Origin: a virus
Strand: one strand, 5' to 3'
Length of the DNA stretch: 64,000 bases
Virus record (IMG/VR): IMGVR_UViG_3300028377_000007
Span: 23,041-87,040 of that record
Shown here: piece after piece, positions 32,230 to 40,700 of the stretch
How the letters are laid out: each line of letters starts with the position of its first letter
How positions within the stretch are numbered: position 1 is the stretch's first letter
Notes under the pieces: model-generated
What the model was told of the DNA's origin: nothing
Seen by the model: only the letters and a program-made list of their open reading frames with translations
Databases searched by the model: none
Program-made: the position numbers and the translations under genes

Positions 32230-32556
32230 TTATTTTTCTTCTACTGAGATAATATTTCTGTATTTTGAAAAGATAGGGAGTCTAAAGCCGTATACGGATG
32301 CTTCGTATTCTTCATTTTTTTGAATATTTCCGTAAATATCTGAACTATCGAATTTAAAATACATAATAGAATCGGTATTCTCAAACGTTTCTTCTTTCGT
32401 GTAGATTAAATATTTTGAATCACCGCTTTTAACAATTCTTTCTTTATCTGTAACTACTATATTTAGAGTTTCCTTTGTTATATATGGATAGCTAATAAAA
32501 GCTGCCACAACAAATAAAATAATAGCTACTACAATATATACTTCTTTGTTTTTCAT
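32230..32556 (-). CDS. membrane-anchored hypothetical protein
   Basis: N-terminal TM segment; VTDKER...FENTDS. Confidence 0.7.
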   Translation of the reverse strand: MKNKEVYIVVAIILFVVAAFISYPYITKETLNIVVTDKERIVKSGDSKYLIYTKEETFENTDSIMYFKFDSSDIYGNIQKNEEYEASVYGFRLPIFSKYRNIISVEEK

Positions 32557-33344
32557 GAAAAGAATTTGTCGGAAGTTGTAATTTGGATTCCCTTGCTTTT
32601 TGCCCAATTCATAAAATCATCATGAAAAGACTCAAAACCAGTTACTGGACTCATACAATCTTCGAGAAGGACTAATTTTTTGGCTTGTTCTTCTCCGAAT
32701 TGATCAACACAATCTTCTATTGTTGTTTTAACACAGTGGGAGCTTGCTTGACCCGACACAAGGATTCTGTCTGCTTCTTGTAACCTTTGAATAAAAGATG
32801 TATTAATATCTGTGCTTGGGTCTTCTGGGTCAAGAACATCAGCTTGAATAGCGGAATAATGTTCTGTAAATGGATTTGAACCCTTCGTTACCCAATCTAC
32901 CAAAGCAAATTCTTTTTGCCATTCAATCAACGCATCAGAAAAAGAAGGAAAAACAGCATAACCTTTTGTGCCGATCAAACAATGTTCTGGCCAAATAAAC
33001 AAACTATACCTGCCGTTTTCTTCTAGCTTTCTAACATAGGATTCTGCCCTTGATTGAAAAGAGGGATTATAAGTCTTATATTTACCGTTTTTAACATCTT
33101 CTAGACTGATTGGGGTAAATGGCGAAGGATGGTTCCCATTACTATCAACCCAAAAAATAGGGTGAGCAACATGAACCACTTGATGACTATCCAATGTTAC
33201 TCGAACATCATCAATTTTTTCTTTATGCTTGATTAGCATCGAAGCCAATCTATCCATATCTTTTTCCGCCCCATTGACATAAAGCGAACCGTTTGGATCG
33301 CAGAAATCATTTTGCGGATCAATTGTTAATAGTGTGATTTTCAT
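32553..33344 (-). CDS. pncA: nicotinamidase (isochorismatase family)
   Basis: IDPQNDF, LDSH, WPEHC, KG, SHCV. Confidence 0.85.
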   Translation of the reverse strand: MKITLLTIDPQNDFCDPNGSLYVNGAEKDMDRLASMLIKHKEKIDDVRVTLDSHQVVHVAHPIFWVDSNGNHPSPFTPISLEDVKNGKYKTYNPSFQSRAESYVRKLEENGRYSLFIWPEHCLIGTKGYAVFPSFSDALIEWQKEFALVDWVTKGSNPFTEHYSAIQADVLDPEDPSTDINTSFIQRLQEADRILVSGQASSHCVKTTIEDCVDQFGEEQAKKLVLLEDCMSPVTGFESFHDDFMNWAKSKGIQITTSDKFFS

Positions 33345-33358
33345 ATTTTTATTAGTGA

Positions 33359-33547
33359 TTAGTTATTAGTTTTTGATGTATAAATTTTAAAAATTACTAT
33401 ATCTTTTTCTTTGTCTACAAAGTAATCATATTTATAAACTTCAACGTTCTTTTCTTTGGCGGAAAATTCATCCCCGAAATTTGTAATTATATCGCTTAGT
33501 TTTATTTCTTGGTATTGAATGTAAAGATTTTGTTTTTCTTTTGGCAT
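33359..33547 (-). CDS. hypothetical protein
   Basis: ORF track. Confidence 0.55.
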   Translation of the reverse strand: MPKEKQNLYIQYQEIKLSDIITNFGDEFSAKEKNVEVYKYDYFVDKEKDIVIFKIYTSKTNN

Positions 33548-33548
33548 T

Positions 33549-33809
33549 TTATTCCTCTTCGTTTTTTTCTTTGTTTTTTTCTTTGTTTTTTTCTTTGTTT
33601 TTTTCTTCGTTTTTAATGTGTTCTTCTAGTAATCCAGTAATAAAATCAGAAACCTCCTGATCTGTCAAATCTTTTTTTTCTTTGCCCAATTTTTCTGCAA
33701 CCATTTGGTCAAATTCGTCAGTAGTTTCTACTTCAGCATTAACGCTTCCGTCTTTATTCTCTCGAACGTTTAGAAACTTGATAAGTTTTTTATTTTTGCT
33801 ATCTTTCAT
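33549..33809 (-). CDS. hypothetical protein with EKNK repeats
   Basis: 12-bp tandem repeats at the 3' end; promoter directly upstream. Confidence 0.65.
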   Translation of the reverse strand: MKDSKNKKLIKFLNVRENKDGSVNAEVETTDEFDQMVAEKLGKEKKDLTDQEVSDFITGLLEEHIKNEEKNKEKNKEKNKEKNEEE

Positions 33810-33955
33810 GGTTTTTATTATGAATTTTTTTTCGGTTTAGTCAAGGGTTTTTTGCGGGGTTTCTTATTTTTTTTGAAAATATTGTCGTAGTTGTCTCTGA
33901 ATTTAGAAAAATTAGTTACTCTGTTTTTATCGCCTTTGCCGTTCATATCTGGTTG

Positions 33956-34098
33956 CCGTTCTTTTAAACCTACAAAAATCTAAAGCCATCTTTTTAAGAT
34001 ATAAACTCTCGATTTTTTGTTAAATTCCTGCTTCGCGTTTCATCAGAAACTCCTAGAATAGATGCGGCATCACTAATTGATAGAATTTTTTTATTCAT
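33956..34098 (-). mobile_element. internally deleted IS607 remnant (tnpA start joined to the tnpB right end)
   Basis: 33956-34034 matches 14879-14957; 34038-34098 encodes MNKKILSISDAASILGVSDET. Confidence 0.85.
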
Positions 34099-34190
34099 CC
34101 ACCCCCTCCATATTTGCAAAAAAACTTATCGTATTTTTAAATTTTTCATTTGACGGCATCCCTTCTGGTACAAATATTTGCACCCCAAAG

Positions 34191-34454
34191 TCAAGAAGAT
34201 TTTTGGGATTTTTTTATTAAATCAATTATTTCCTGCTTGTCAGATTCTTTGAAGATTATTTCGTCAAAATTTCCGTATTTAGATTTATAACCAAAAATAT
34301 ACTTGACTCCAAGAAAAACCCTTTTTAAAAATCTTTTTTCTAACAAATGAAAGGTAAGATAAAAATCTTCTCCATCCCAAGTAAAAATCACTTGATGCTC
34401 TGGGGAAAAACAAGAACAAATAAATAATTTCTGTTCCATATTAAAAGTTCCCAA
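34191..34454 (-). CDS. hypothetical phage protein
   Basis: ICSCFSPEH...YIFGYKSKYG. Confidence 0.65.
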   Translation of the reverse strand: MGTFNMEQKLFICSCFSPEHQVIFTWDGEDFYLTFHLLEKRFLKRVFLGVKYIFGYKSKYGNFDEIIFKESDKQEIIDLIKKSQKSS

Positions 34455-35331
34455 AGTTTACTTGAAAACATGGTACCCCCAATCTATTGCGAACCATTTC
34501 AACAACTTGGTCCCTGTCATCGAACCACAACAATACGTTTTCTTTGTCTGTAATATTTTTCATAAACATCTCATATTTAACAAGAGAATCTTTTCTATGA
34601 TCCTTTGTATCTCTGAGTATCAAGTGAGGGTTTTCGATCCCGCATTTTACCTCTAAAAATCTGATTGTTTCATCGCGGCAAATACCAACATCTTCTCTTG
34701 CTGAGAAAAAGATAATTTTATATTGCGGCGAATCCATTTTGCCCAACACAACTAATAAGGCTTGGTTTGCTTCGTCTTCAAAAACCCTGTCTCCATCGTA
34801 AGGACTTCTATCTGTAACTCTGTTTGCAATAGTACCATCCAAATCACAGATAATAAACTTTTCATATGAACCCAAAGAAACCTTATTTGTTTCTCCATGC
34901 CAAACTACTTTATTACCTTCTGGCAAAGTCAAGCCCAACCATTGTCTTTTAATAATATCTTCTGGGGCTTTCCTTTCCCTGTTTGAATTTCTTTCGCAAG
35001 CCTCATTCAAGGAAACGGGAAAATAGTGCCATTCAATCAAAGCATCATTTTGTTTTGCAACACTTTCTAAACCAATTCTGTTTTTTGGATTGTAATGTGT
35101 CGCATCTACAATTGGAGTTTTATCTAATTGCAAAGACTTGACCACGCGAGAATAAAGGGTATCGAAAACAAGTTTCCCGTTTGACTGGTTATTTTCGTCG
35201 CCAAAAAGTTCCTTCCTGATCGAATCACTAGAAATATAATCGGTGAATCCACTGATATTATTATTTTCGTTGGACGCCCAAGTACTTTTGCCAGAACACG
35301 AACATCCGATTGTTGCTACGATTGTTTTCAT
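34441..35331 (-). CDS. pseT: polynucleotide kinase/3'-phosphatase; start probably MKTIVA
   Basis: GCSCSGKST P-loop; HAD CDLDGT, FDDR. Confidence 0.9.
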   Translation of the reverse strand: MKTIVATIGCSCSGKSTWASNENNNISGFTDYISSDSIRKELFGDENNQSNGKLVFDTLYSRVVKSLQLDKTPIVDATHYNPKNRIGLESVAKQNDALIEWHYFPVSLNEACERNSNRERKAPEDIIKRQWLGLTLPEGNKVVWHGETNKVSLGSYEKFIICDLDGTIANRVTDRSPYDGDRVFEDEANQALLVVLGKMDSPQYKIIFFSAREDVGICRDETIRFLEVKCGIENPHLILRDTKDHRKDSLVKYEMFMKNITDKENVLLWFDDRDQVVEMVRNRLGVPCFQVNFGNF

Positions 35332-35410
35332 TATTGGATAGAATGCTGATTTTTTCGCAGAAGTCAAGAACAAAAAAATCATTACCTGTCAAGAAAAATT
35401 ATTTTTCAAC

Positions 35411-35800
35411 TTATTGTTTTAATTTTTTCTGTTTTTTTGTTTCTGCGTTTATAAGATAGTAGTTTTTTTGTTTCTTTAACTCTTTTTTTGATTTATAGTT
35501 ATCGAAAGAATCTAGTGCGGCTTTTTCACTTTGGTATTTTGAGCCGTTAATAAAATCGTAAAGATATATGGAATCTTCTTTTCTGTTGTTTAGTTCTTTG
35601 CCAGTTTTTGTTTTTACTATTTCCTCTGTAAATTTACCATTTTTGAAAATTACGCTTTTAAAAGTAATAATCGCGTCATCTTTCCACTCAGAAATAATAA
35701 TCCAAGGTTTTTTCTTGGATTTTTTTAACTTTTTGCCGAATTTCTTTTCTTCGGCGGGAAGTTGTTTTTTCTTTTTGAACTCTGCTTTTTCTAAAGACAT
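35411..35800 (-). CDS. hypothetical basic protein
   Basis: ORF track. Confidence 0.55.
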   Translation of the reverse strand: MSLEKAEFKKKKQLPAEEKKFGKKLKKSKKKPWIIISEWKDDAIITFKSVIFKNGKFTEEIVKTKTGKELNNRKEDSIYLYDFINGSKYQSEKAALDSFDNYKSKKELKKQKNYYLINAETKKQKKLKQ

Positions 35801-36591
35801 GCTATTTTTGTTACCTCTTCTATAATTGCTTTTTTATTACATGCATATGTACCACAAGTAGAAAAAGCGTTAAATTCTAACAAATAAAACTCTTCGTCTT
35901 GACCTTGGCAAATATCCACTGAGAATACTTTATCTGGCATATTACCACGCTTTAAGATCTTGTCAACTAAATTTGTTGCTTTTATTGGTGCGGAAGGAAT
36001 TTTAGTATCCAATCCGTGAAATTTATAAGAGCTAACAGCAATAATCTTTTCTTCGGAGCAAATAAATCTCCATTCTCCAATAATATTTTTGGGAGTAGAA
36101 ATAATAACTAATTCGTCACTTTTCATTCCATACTGTAGATTCTGTTCAAAAACGCTATCGAAGTCTTTTAAATCAATTACCTGACCCGCGAAAGATTTTA
36201 ATCCATTATCTGGTCGAACAAAAATACAAGCTTCTTTTCCATATTTAGAATAAACATCCCATTTTTGGCGCATAAGCTCTGATGCGGGAAGAATTATATA
36301 TTTATCATTAAACAATAAATCTCCAAATCTTGGATAATATTTTGAACATAAATAATTTTCTTCTGTTAGCCAAACTATGGGCCAGCATGTTTTTAATTCT
36401 TCTTTTAGTTTTAACCCAAGTTGTATGCTTCCGTTGAAAATAATGCATCTGTTTTCTGGTTTATATTTTAATTCATAAGCGCACCAGCTATTTAAAACAA
36501 CACATTCTAAATTTTGATTTTTTACTTCCGCGATAAGTTCTTTATAATTATTATCGTTAGTAAAATCTTCTATTATCCAAAGTGGCTTCAT
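35791..36591 (-). CDS. ATP-grasp domain protein
   Basis: FVRPDNGLKSFAG, EWRF, VDIC, LEFN. Confidence 0.8.
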   Translation of the reverse strand: MKPLWIIEDFTNDNNYKELIAEVKNQNLECVVLNSWCAYELKYKPENRCIIFNGSIQLGLKLKEELKTCWPIVWLTEENYLCSKYYPRFGDLLFNDKYIILPASELMRQKWDVYSKYGKEACIFVRPDNGLKSFAGQVIDLKDFDSVFEQNLQYGMKSDELVIISTPKNIIGEWRFICSEEKIIAVSSYKFHGLDTKIPSAPIKATNLVDKILKRGNMPDKVFSVDICQGQDEEFYLLEFNAFSTCGTYACNKKAIIEEVTKIACL

Positions 36592-36935
36592 CTTCTAACC
36601 AATTTTCCTGTTTTTTCAAAAAGTTCTACATTAAAATAAAATGCCCCATGATCTTCTATATTTGAATATATTGAATAAGTTTCATTGGTATACGAATTGA
36701 ATTTCCTATAAACAGGATACACTACGTACCTCTCTTTGTTACTCCATATATATGAATGCGAAAATTGTGTTGTTCCGATTTCCTCTATCTTTGACGGCGG
36801 TTTGTGAAAAATTCTCTTGTACCAAGGTTGTTTTTTGAATTTCATTTCGCCATTTTTATCAATATAACCATCTTTTCTTTCTCCAGTTATAGAATCTACC
36901 GAAACGAATCTTAAACCATTATTTTCTTTACTCAT
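36588..36935 (-). CDS. hypothetical protein
   Basis: ORF track. Confidence 0.55.
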   Translation of the reverse strand: MSKENNGLRFVSVDSITGERKDGYIDKNGEMKFKKQPWYKRIFHKPPSKIEEIGTTQFSHSYIWSNKERYVVYPVYRKFNSYTNETYSIYSNIEDHGAFYFNVELFEKTGKLVRR

Positions 36936-36936
36936 A

Positions 36937-37251
36937 TTAATATCCCCGACACATTCTACAAAGAATTTCGCTTATTCTAGGAATGTCTTTTTTATCTATA
37001 TCTGTTTGACTTATGTTAAAAAGTGGCGAGTAAATACTATAAAGCTCTCCCGCCATTTGATATTTATATTTTGATTCTGAATTTAAAAAGTTATCTAGAA
37101 ATTTTTTGTCCTCTTCTTTTATTTTGTATTTAGAAAAAAGGTCTTTTATTAGATCTTTAGAGTCTTCTGTCAAAGAAATTAAAGAACGCTTGCTATTCTT
37201 TTTTTCTATTCTTTCGGGCGTAACAAATACTGTTGTTTCTACTATTGACAT
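36937..37251 (-). CDS. hypothetical protein
   Basis: ORF track. Confidence 0.55.
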   Translation of the reverse strand: MSIVETTVFVTPERIEKKNSKRSLISLTEDSKDLIKDLFSKYKIKEEDKKFLDNFLNSESKYKYQMAGELYSIYSPLFNISQTDIDKKDIPRISEILCRMCRGY

Positions 37252-37252
37252 A

Positions 37253-37738
37253 TTAGGTCCACATTTGTTCTTTATATTTAACGATTTTTGTTAAATATTT
37301 CATGTCTTTTTCCTCTAGCTCTTTTTGAAATTCCTTCCATTCTCCGTAATTGACACTAAAAGAATTTTCTATTTTCTCCTCTAGAGCGGGTCTATCAACT
37401 TTGATATAATTGTAACATTCTTTTATAAAATCACCGAATTCTTTCCAAGGGGGTTCATCCATAACCGTCATTTCAAAAGTTTTTTCTTCCTCAATAAAAT
37501 GAACCACACACCCAAAAAGAAAATCTGTTATTAATTCTGGCTTATCGCACCATTCGTTGTAAGAAATATGTTTTTTGATCCATTTTTGGCGCGGATTAAA
37601 AAAGAATCTAATCTTCCATGCCCAATTTGTAAAATGTGTTGGAAAAATAAGTTCCCAACACCAAAAAATAAACATCAATGGTTTTTCTATAATAAAGGGA
37701 TACTCTCCGCAGATCAGTTTTAATTTTATGTTATACAT
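37253..37738 (-). CDS. hypothetical protein, paralog of 8422-8973
   Basis: PRQKWIKKHISYNEWCD...DFLFG. Confidence 0.65.
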   Translation of the reverse strand: MYNIKLKLICGEYPFIIEKPLMFIFWCWELIFPTHFTNWAWKIRFFFNPRQKWIKKHISYNEWCDKPELITDFLFGCVVHFIEEEKTFEMTVMDEPPWKEFGDFIKECYNYIKVDRPALEEKIENSFSVNYGEWKEFQKELEEKDMKYLTKIVKYKEQMWT

Positions 37739-37979
37739 TTTCTTGTTTTATTATTTTGTCGTCGAACCATTCCCAGTTTTTTGAGAAAATTGGTATTTCC
37801 TTGTCCAATTCATCTTTGTAAATTGCCGATCCGCGTTTAATATGGGTTGCTAGATCGTTCCAGTTTTTGCCACTTTTTTGAAAAATCAATTCCTGTAATT
37901 CATCTGTGTTTTTATTATTGCATTCTTTGTGGCGTAATTTATCTGCCCAATTTTGCATTTTTTCTTTACTCGCTCTCAT
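37731..37979 (-). pseudogene. chimeric ORF ending in a Thg1 (tRNA-His guanylyltransferase)-like C-terminus
   Basis: HKECNNKNTDELQELIFQKSGKNWNDLATHIKRG...DKEIPIF. Confidence 0.6.
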
Positions 37980-37981
37980 TT

Positions 37982-38272
37982 CTAATACGCTATCGATTTT
38001 TTAACCTTTGTCAATGCTTTTCCCAAAAGATTTTGCCCATCCCAATTTTTGGAATCACAGTGAATTTCAGAAATATAATCCAATCCAATCCCTATCCCCC
38101 AAATTTTATCAATCGGCGATGCCTCTACAAATTCATCCCCCGAATTTATGAGAATTTTTCTTAGATGAGGATTCTGCGTGAACTTCAATAAATTCCCATA
38201 AAAAACAATCTTTTCTTTATGATTATCCCATGTTGATTGTTTGTAATCAAAAATTTGCCGCCCTATTCTCCA
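37982..38272 (-). pseudogene. N-terminally truncated NADAR (YbiA-like) protein
   Basis: GRQI...W...KFTQN, EASPIDKIWGIG, GQNLLGKAL; in-frame stop upstream. Confidence 0.8.
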
Positions 38273-38365
38273 TTATGCGACCTTGCCTCAATTACATCAA
38301 TTTTGTTTTGATTTGTTGAACAACCTATGACCGCAAATAATAATGTTAGTATAATATATTTCATT

Positions 38366-39736
38366 TTAAGTATATAGTTTGTAATAATAGTTTTCTTTTC
38401 CGCAAATTGATACTTTTATTTTTTTCTTTTTTATTCCGCCATACATTGATGATTTTTTTTCAATCATTGGCGCATACCCAACAACTCCGATTCCCGACGA
38501 TGATTTAGAGGATTTTATATTTTTAGAAATTAAGAATTCCTGTAAATCGCTTGTGTTATTGCCATAAAATCTAGAGTTAAAAATATATTCTCCGTTGTCC
38601 AACAAATACACAATAGCTCTATTTTTTAATATGTGTCTATTTAATCTGCCGAACCTTCTTGTTTTTTCTGATACTTCGCCGCATATATAAACTCCTTTAA
38701 TAAAAGAAAGAAATATCGGCGCATTAGAATTGCAACCACTACTTGAATAACAGCTCGTCCAACCATCGCCAAGATTCGACATATTTATCTTGTATAAAAC
38801 ATCATTCGTTATGATATACTTTTTATCATTAAATTTATAAAACTTTTGATCTAATTCAAAGTCTTCTAATTCATAAGTTTTTAGAATATATTTTATATTA
38901 TTCTTTTTTCTGGATAAATATTGTTTTAGAATGTCTATCTGTTTTTTTTGTTGTATTATTTTCTTTGAGCTTGTCGGGATTTTTAATTTTGAAAATTCTA
39001 GTAGCCCATTTAAAGAATCTTCATTTTTTTGAAATCTTGCTGCTCGTATTTTTCTTTTTGTTTTTCTTCCAACATGAATTTCTGAATCAACTTTTATGCC
39101 AGTGATATTTCGCCTTCCGTATTTTGAGCTTTGGAAGTGTATTTTCTTTTTATTGGATTTAAAGCCCACTTTAGAAATTATATTTGGAATATTATTTTTT
39201 AAAAATTCAAAAATTGTTTTTTCAGAATGATCTACTAAGAATTTTTCATTTTCACTTTCTTTGTATGAAAAAGATAAATCATCTGCGTATCTTGTATAAA
39301 CAATATCTAATTTATGTTTTTTAATAAACCGCAAAATAGCCCGATCTAATTTCAAGGCTGCTATATTTGCCACAAGTGGGCTTGTCGGCAATCCCTGCCT
39401 CGGCGCTAAGTCTATAAAACATTTATTTATTAAATCGTCGCTTATTAATTGTTTAACCATATTTGGTTTTACCGAATCAAAAAAATCTGTCAAATCAAAA
39501 TTAACAGTGTAATCATATCCTTTGTGGCAAATAGAATTTGTTATAATTGATCTTTTTGGGATAAAGCCGTGAACTATAATGTTCTTTGTTGCCCCTAAAA
39601 TAATCTTTTCTTGCGCGAAAAAACATTCTTCTAGTTCTGAGAGATATTCTTGGTATTTGTAAGATTCAGAACCAGACAATGAATATATCGTTCTATATTC
39701 TCCCTTTGTTTTTTTTGGTATTTTTATTATTTTCAT
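38366..39736 (-). CDS. retron-type reverse transcriptase with ~200-aa C-terminal extension
   Basis: HGF..RSIITNSICH (NAxxH-like), DLTDFF, QGLPTSP, YTRYADD, NITG (VTG-like). Confidence 0.9.
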   Translation of the reverse strand: MKIIKIPKKTKGEYRTIYSLSGSESYKYQEYLSELEECFFAQEKIILGATKNIIVHGFIPKRSIITNSICHKGYDYTVNFDLTDFFDSVKPNMVKQLISDDLINKCFIDLAPRQGLPTSPLVANIAALKLDRAILRFIKKHKLDIVYTRYADDLSFSYKESENEKFLVDHSEKTIFEFLKNNIPNIISKVGFKSNKKKIHFQSSKYGRRNITGIKVDSEIHVGRKTKRKIRAARFQKNEDSLNGLLEFSKLKIPTSSKKIIQQKKQIDILKQYLSRKKNNIKYILKTYELEDFELDQKFYKFNDKKYIITNDVLYKINMSNLGDGWTSCYSSSGCNSNAPIFLSFIKGVYICGEVSEKTRRFGRLNRHILKNRAIVYLLDNGEYIFNSRFYGNNTSDLQEFLISKNIKSSKSSSGIGVVGYAPMIEKKSSMYGGIKKKKIKVSICGKENYYYKLYT

Positions 39737-39758
39737 TCGCTATTCGCGAATAGCGAAT
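39735..39758. repeat. perfect 24-bp palindrome overlapping the RT start codon
   Basis: ATTCGCTATTCGCGAATAGCGAAT. Confidence 0.95.
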
Positions 39759-39766
39759 TAAGAATT

Positions 39767-39937
39767 TTTATATGCTATAATAACTATATTAAATATATAA
39801 TTAGGCGGAGCGATTAATAGTGTAGAATAATTATATATTTAATATAGTTATTATAACAAAATACATCGTAAAACTTTAATAAGCCGAGCTAGACGATAAC
39901 ATCTAAGGCAATAAAGTCTCCTTTTATTCCATATAAA
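39767..39937 (-). ncRNA. retron msr-msd RNA
   Basis: 8-bp a1/a2 repeats (39767-39774 / 39930-39937), G at 39929, two short stem-loops (39910-39928, 39883-39909), perfect 28-bp hairpin 39776-39855. Confidence 0.8.
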
Positions 39938-39938
39938 T

Positions 39939-40118
39939 TTATTCCTTGTTGATTATTTTTAACATCTTGTCCTTTTCTGAAAAAGAAAGCTTACAGTTAG
40001 AATTAATAAATTGCGTATACTGCCAATCTTCCATAAAAACTGGTATTTTTTTAGATAGATCTTTTCTGCCTAGTGACGACAAGAAGATCTTTAATTTTTT
40101 TTGTTTATTTGCTGACAT
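39939..40118 (-). CDS. 59-aa ORF directly upstream of msr-msd (not in the ORF track)
   Basis: MSANKQKKLKIFLSSLGRK...IINKE*; promoter 7 nt upstream. Confidence 0.6.
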   Translation of the reverse strand: MSANKQKKLKIFLSSLGRKDLSKKIPVFMEDWQYTQFINSNCKLSFSEKDKMLKIINKE

Positions 40119-40125
40119 GGTTTGT

Positions 40126-40153
40126 ATATTGCTGTTTTTTTTGAAGGAGTCAA
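40126..40153 (-). promoter_or_regulatory. sigma70-like promoter for the retron unit
   Basis: TTGACT-16-CAATAT. Confidence 0.65.
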
Positions 40154-40160
40154 GAGAGAA

Positions 40161-40700
40161 TTAACGATATTCTTCTTTAAAAAGTCTCCATTTTTTTGAG
40201 TCGATTTCTTTTTCGCCGCTGTCGATTTTTCTAATTACCTCAATAGCATCTACCACAGAAGAGTAAATATAATTATGTTGAAGCATCCAAAAAATCCAAA
40301 AAGGGCATTCCTTCTTTCCTTCTCCCCAAACAAAGAATATAGGTTTTTGGCATCTGTTAGCCCAAGATAATTCTTCTATTGTACCAATGGTAAAAGTTTT
40401 TTTCTCGAATACGCAAAGAACAAAATCACAGCGATCAATTAATGCTAAATCCTGTCGGCGAATATCTTTATAATCTGCAATTTTTTCATACTGCTCATTT
40501 TCACGGTATTGTTTTAGTAGATCATGTGTTTCGCTACTTTCTTCAATAAATCCTTCGTATGGTCTATTATAATGGTCCCATACAACAATATTCATTTTTG
40601 ATAATTCTTTTTTTATCTCTTGTCTTAATTGTTTGCCCCTTTCATTATCAGACTCCATTGGCCCAATGACTACTGTTTTTGTATTTTTTAATTTGTTCAT
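40161..40700 (-). CDS. nucleoside 2-deoxyribosyltransferase-like (NDT) protein
   Basis: GPME, DLALIDRCD, GTIEELSWA..QKP. Confidence 0.75.
   Translation of the reverse strand: MNKLKNTKTVVIGPMESDNERGKQLRQEIKKELSKMNIVVWDHYNRPYEGFIEESSETHDLLKQYRENEQYEKIADYKDIRRQDLALIDRCDFVLCVFEKKTFTIGTIEELSWANRCQKPIFFVWGEGKKECPFWIFWMLQHNYIYSSVVDAIEVIRKIDSGEKEIDSKKWRLFKEEYR

Noticed and set aside
33560-33612. 12-bp EKNK repeats (and the 24-bp NadE repeat) as functional arrays
   Set aside because: In-frame slippage duplications in a low-complexity tail or linker.
38366-39736. RT as a DGR or group II intron enzyme
   Set aside because: No TR/VR pair differing at adenines, no avd gene and no intron domain V noticed; retron motifs and msr-msd fit better.
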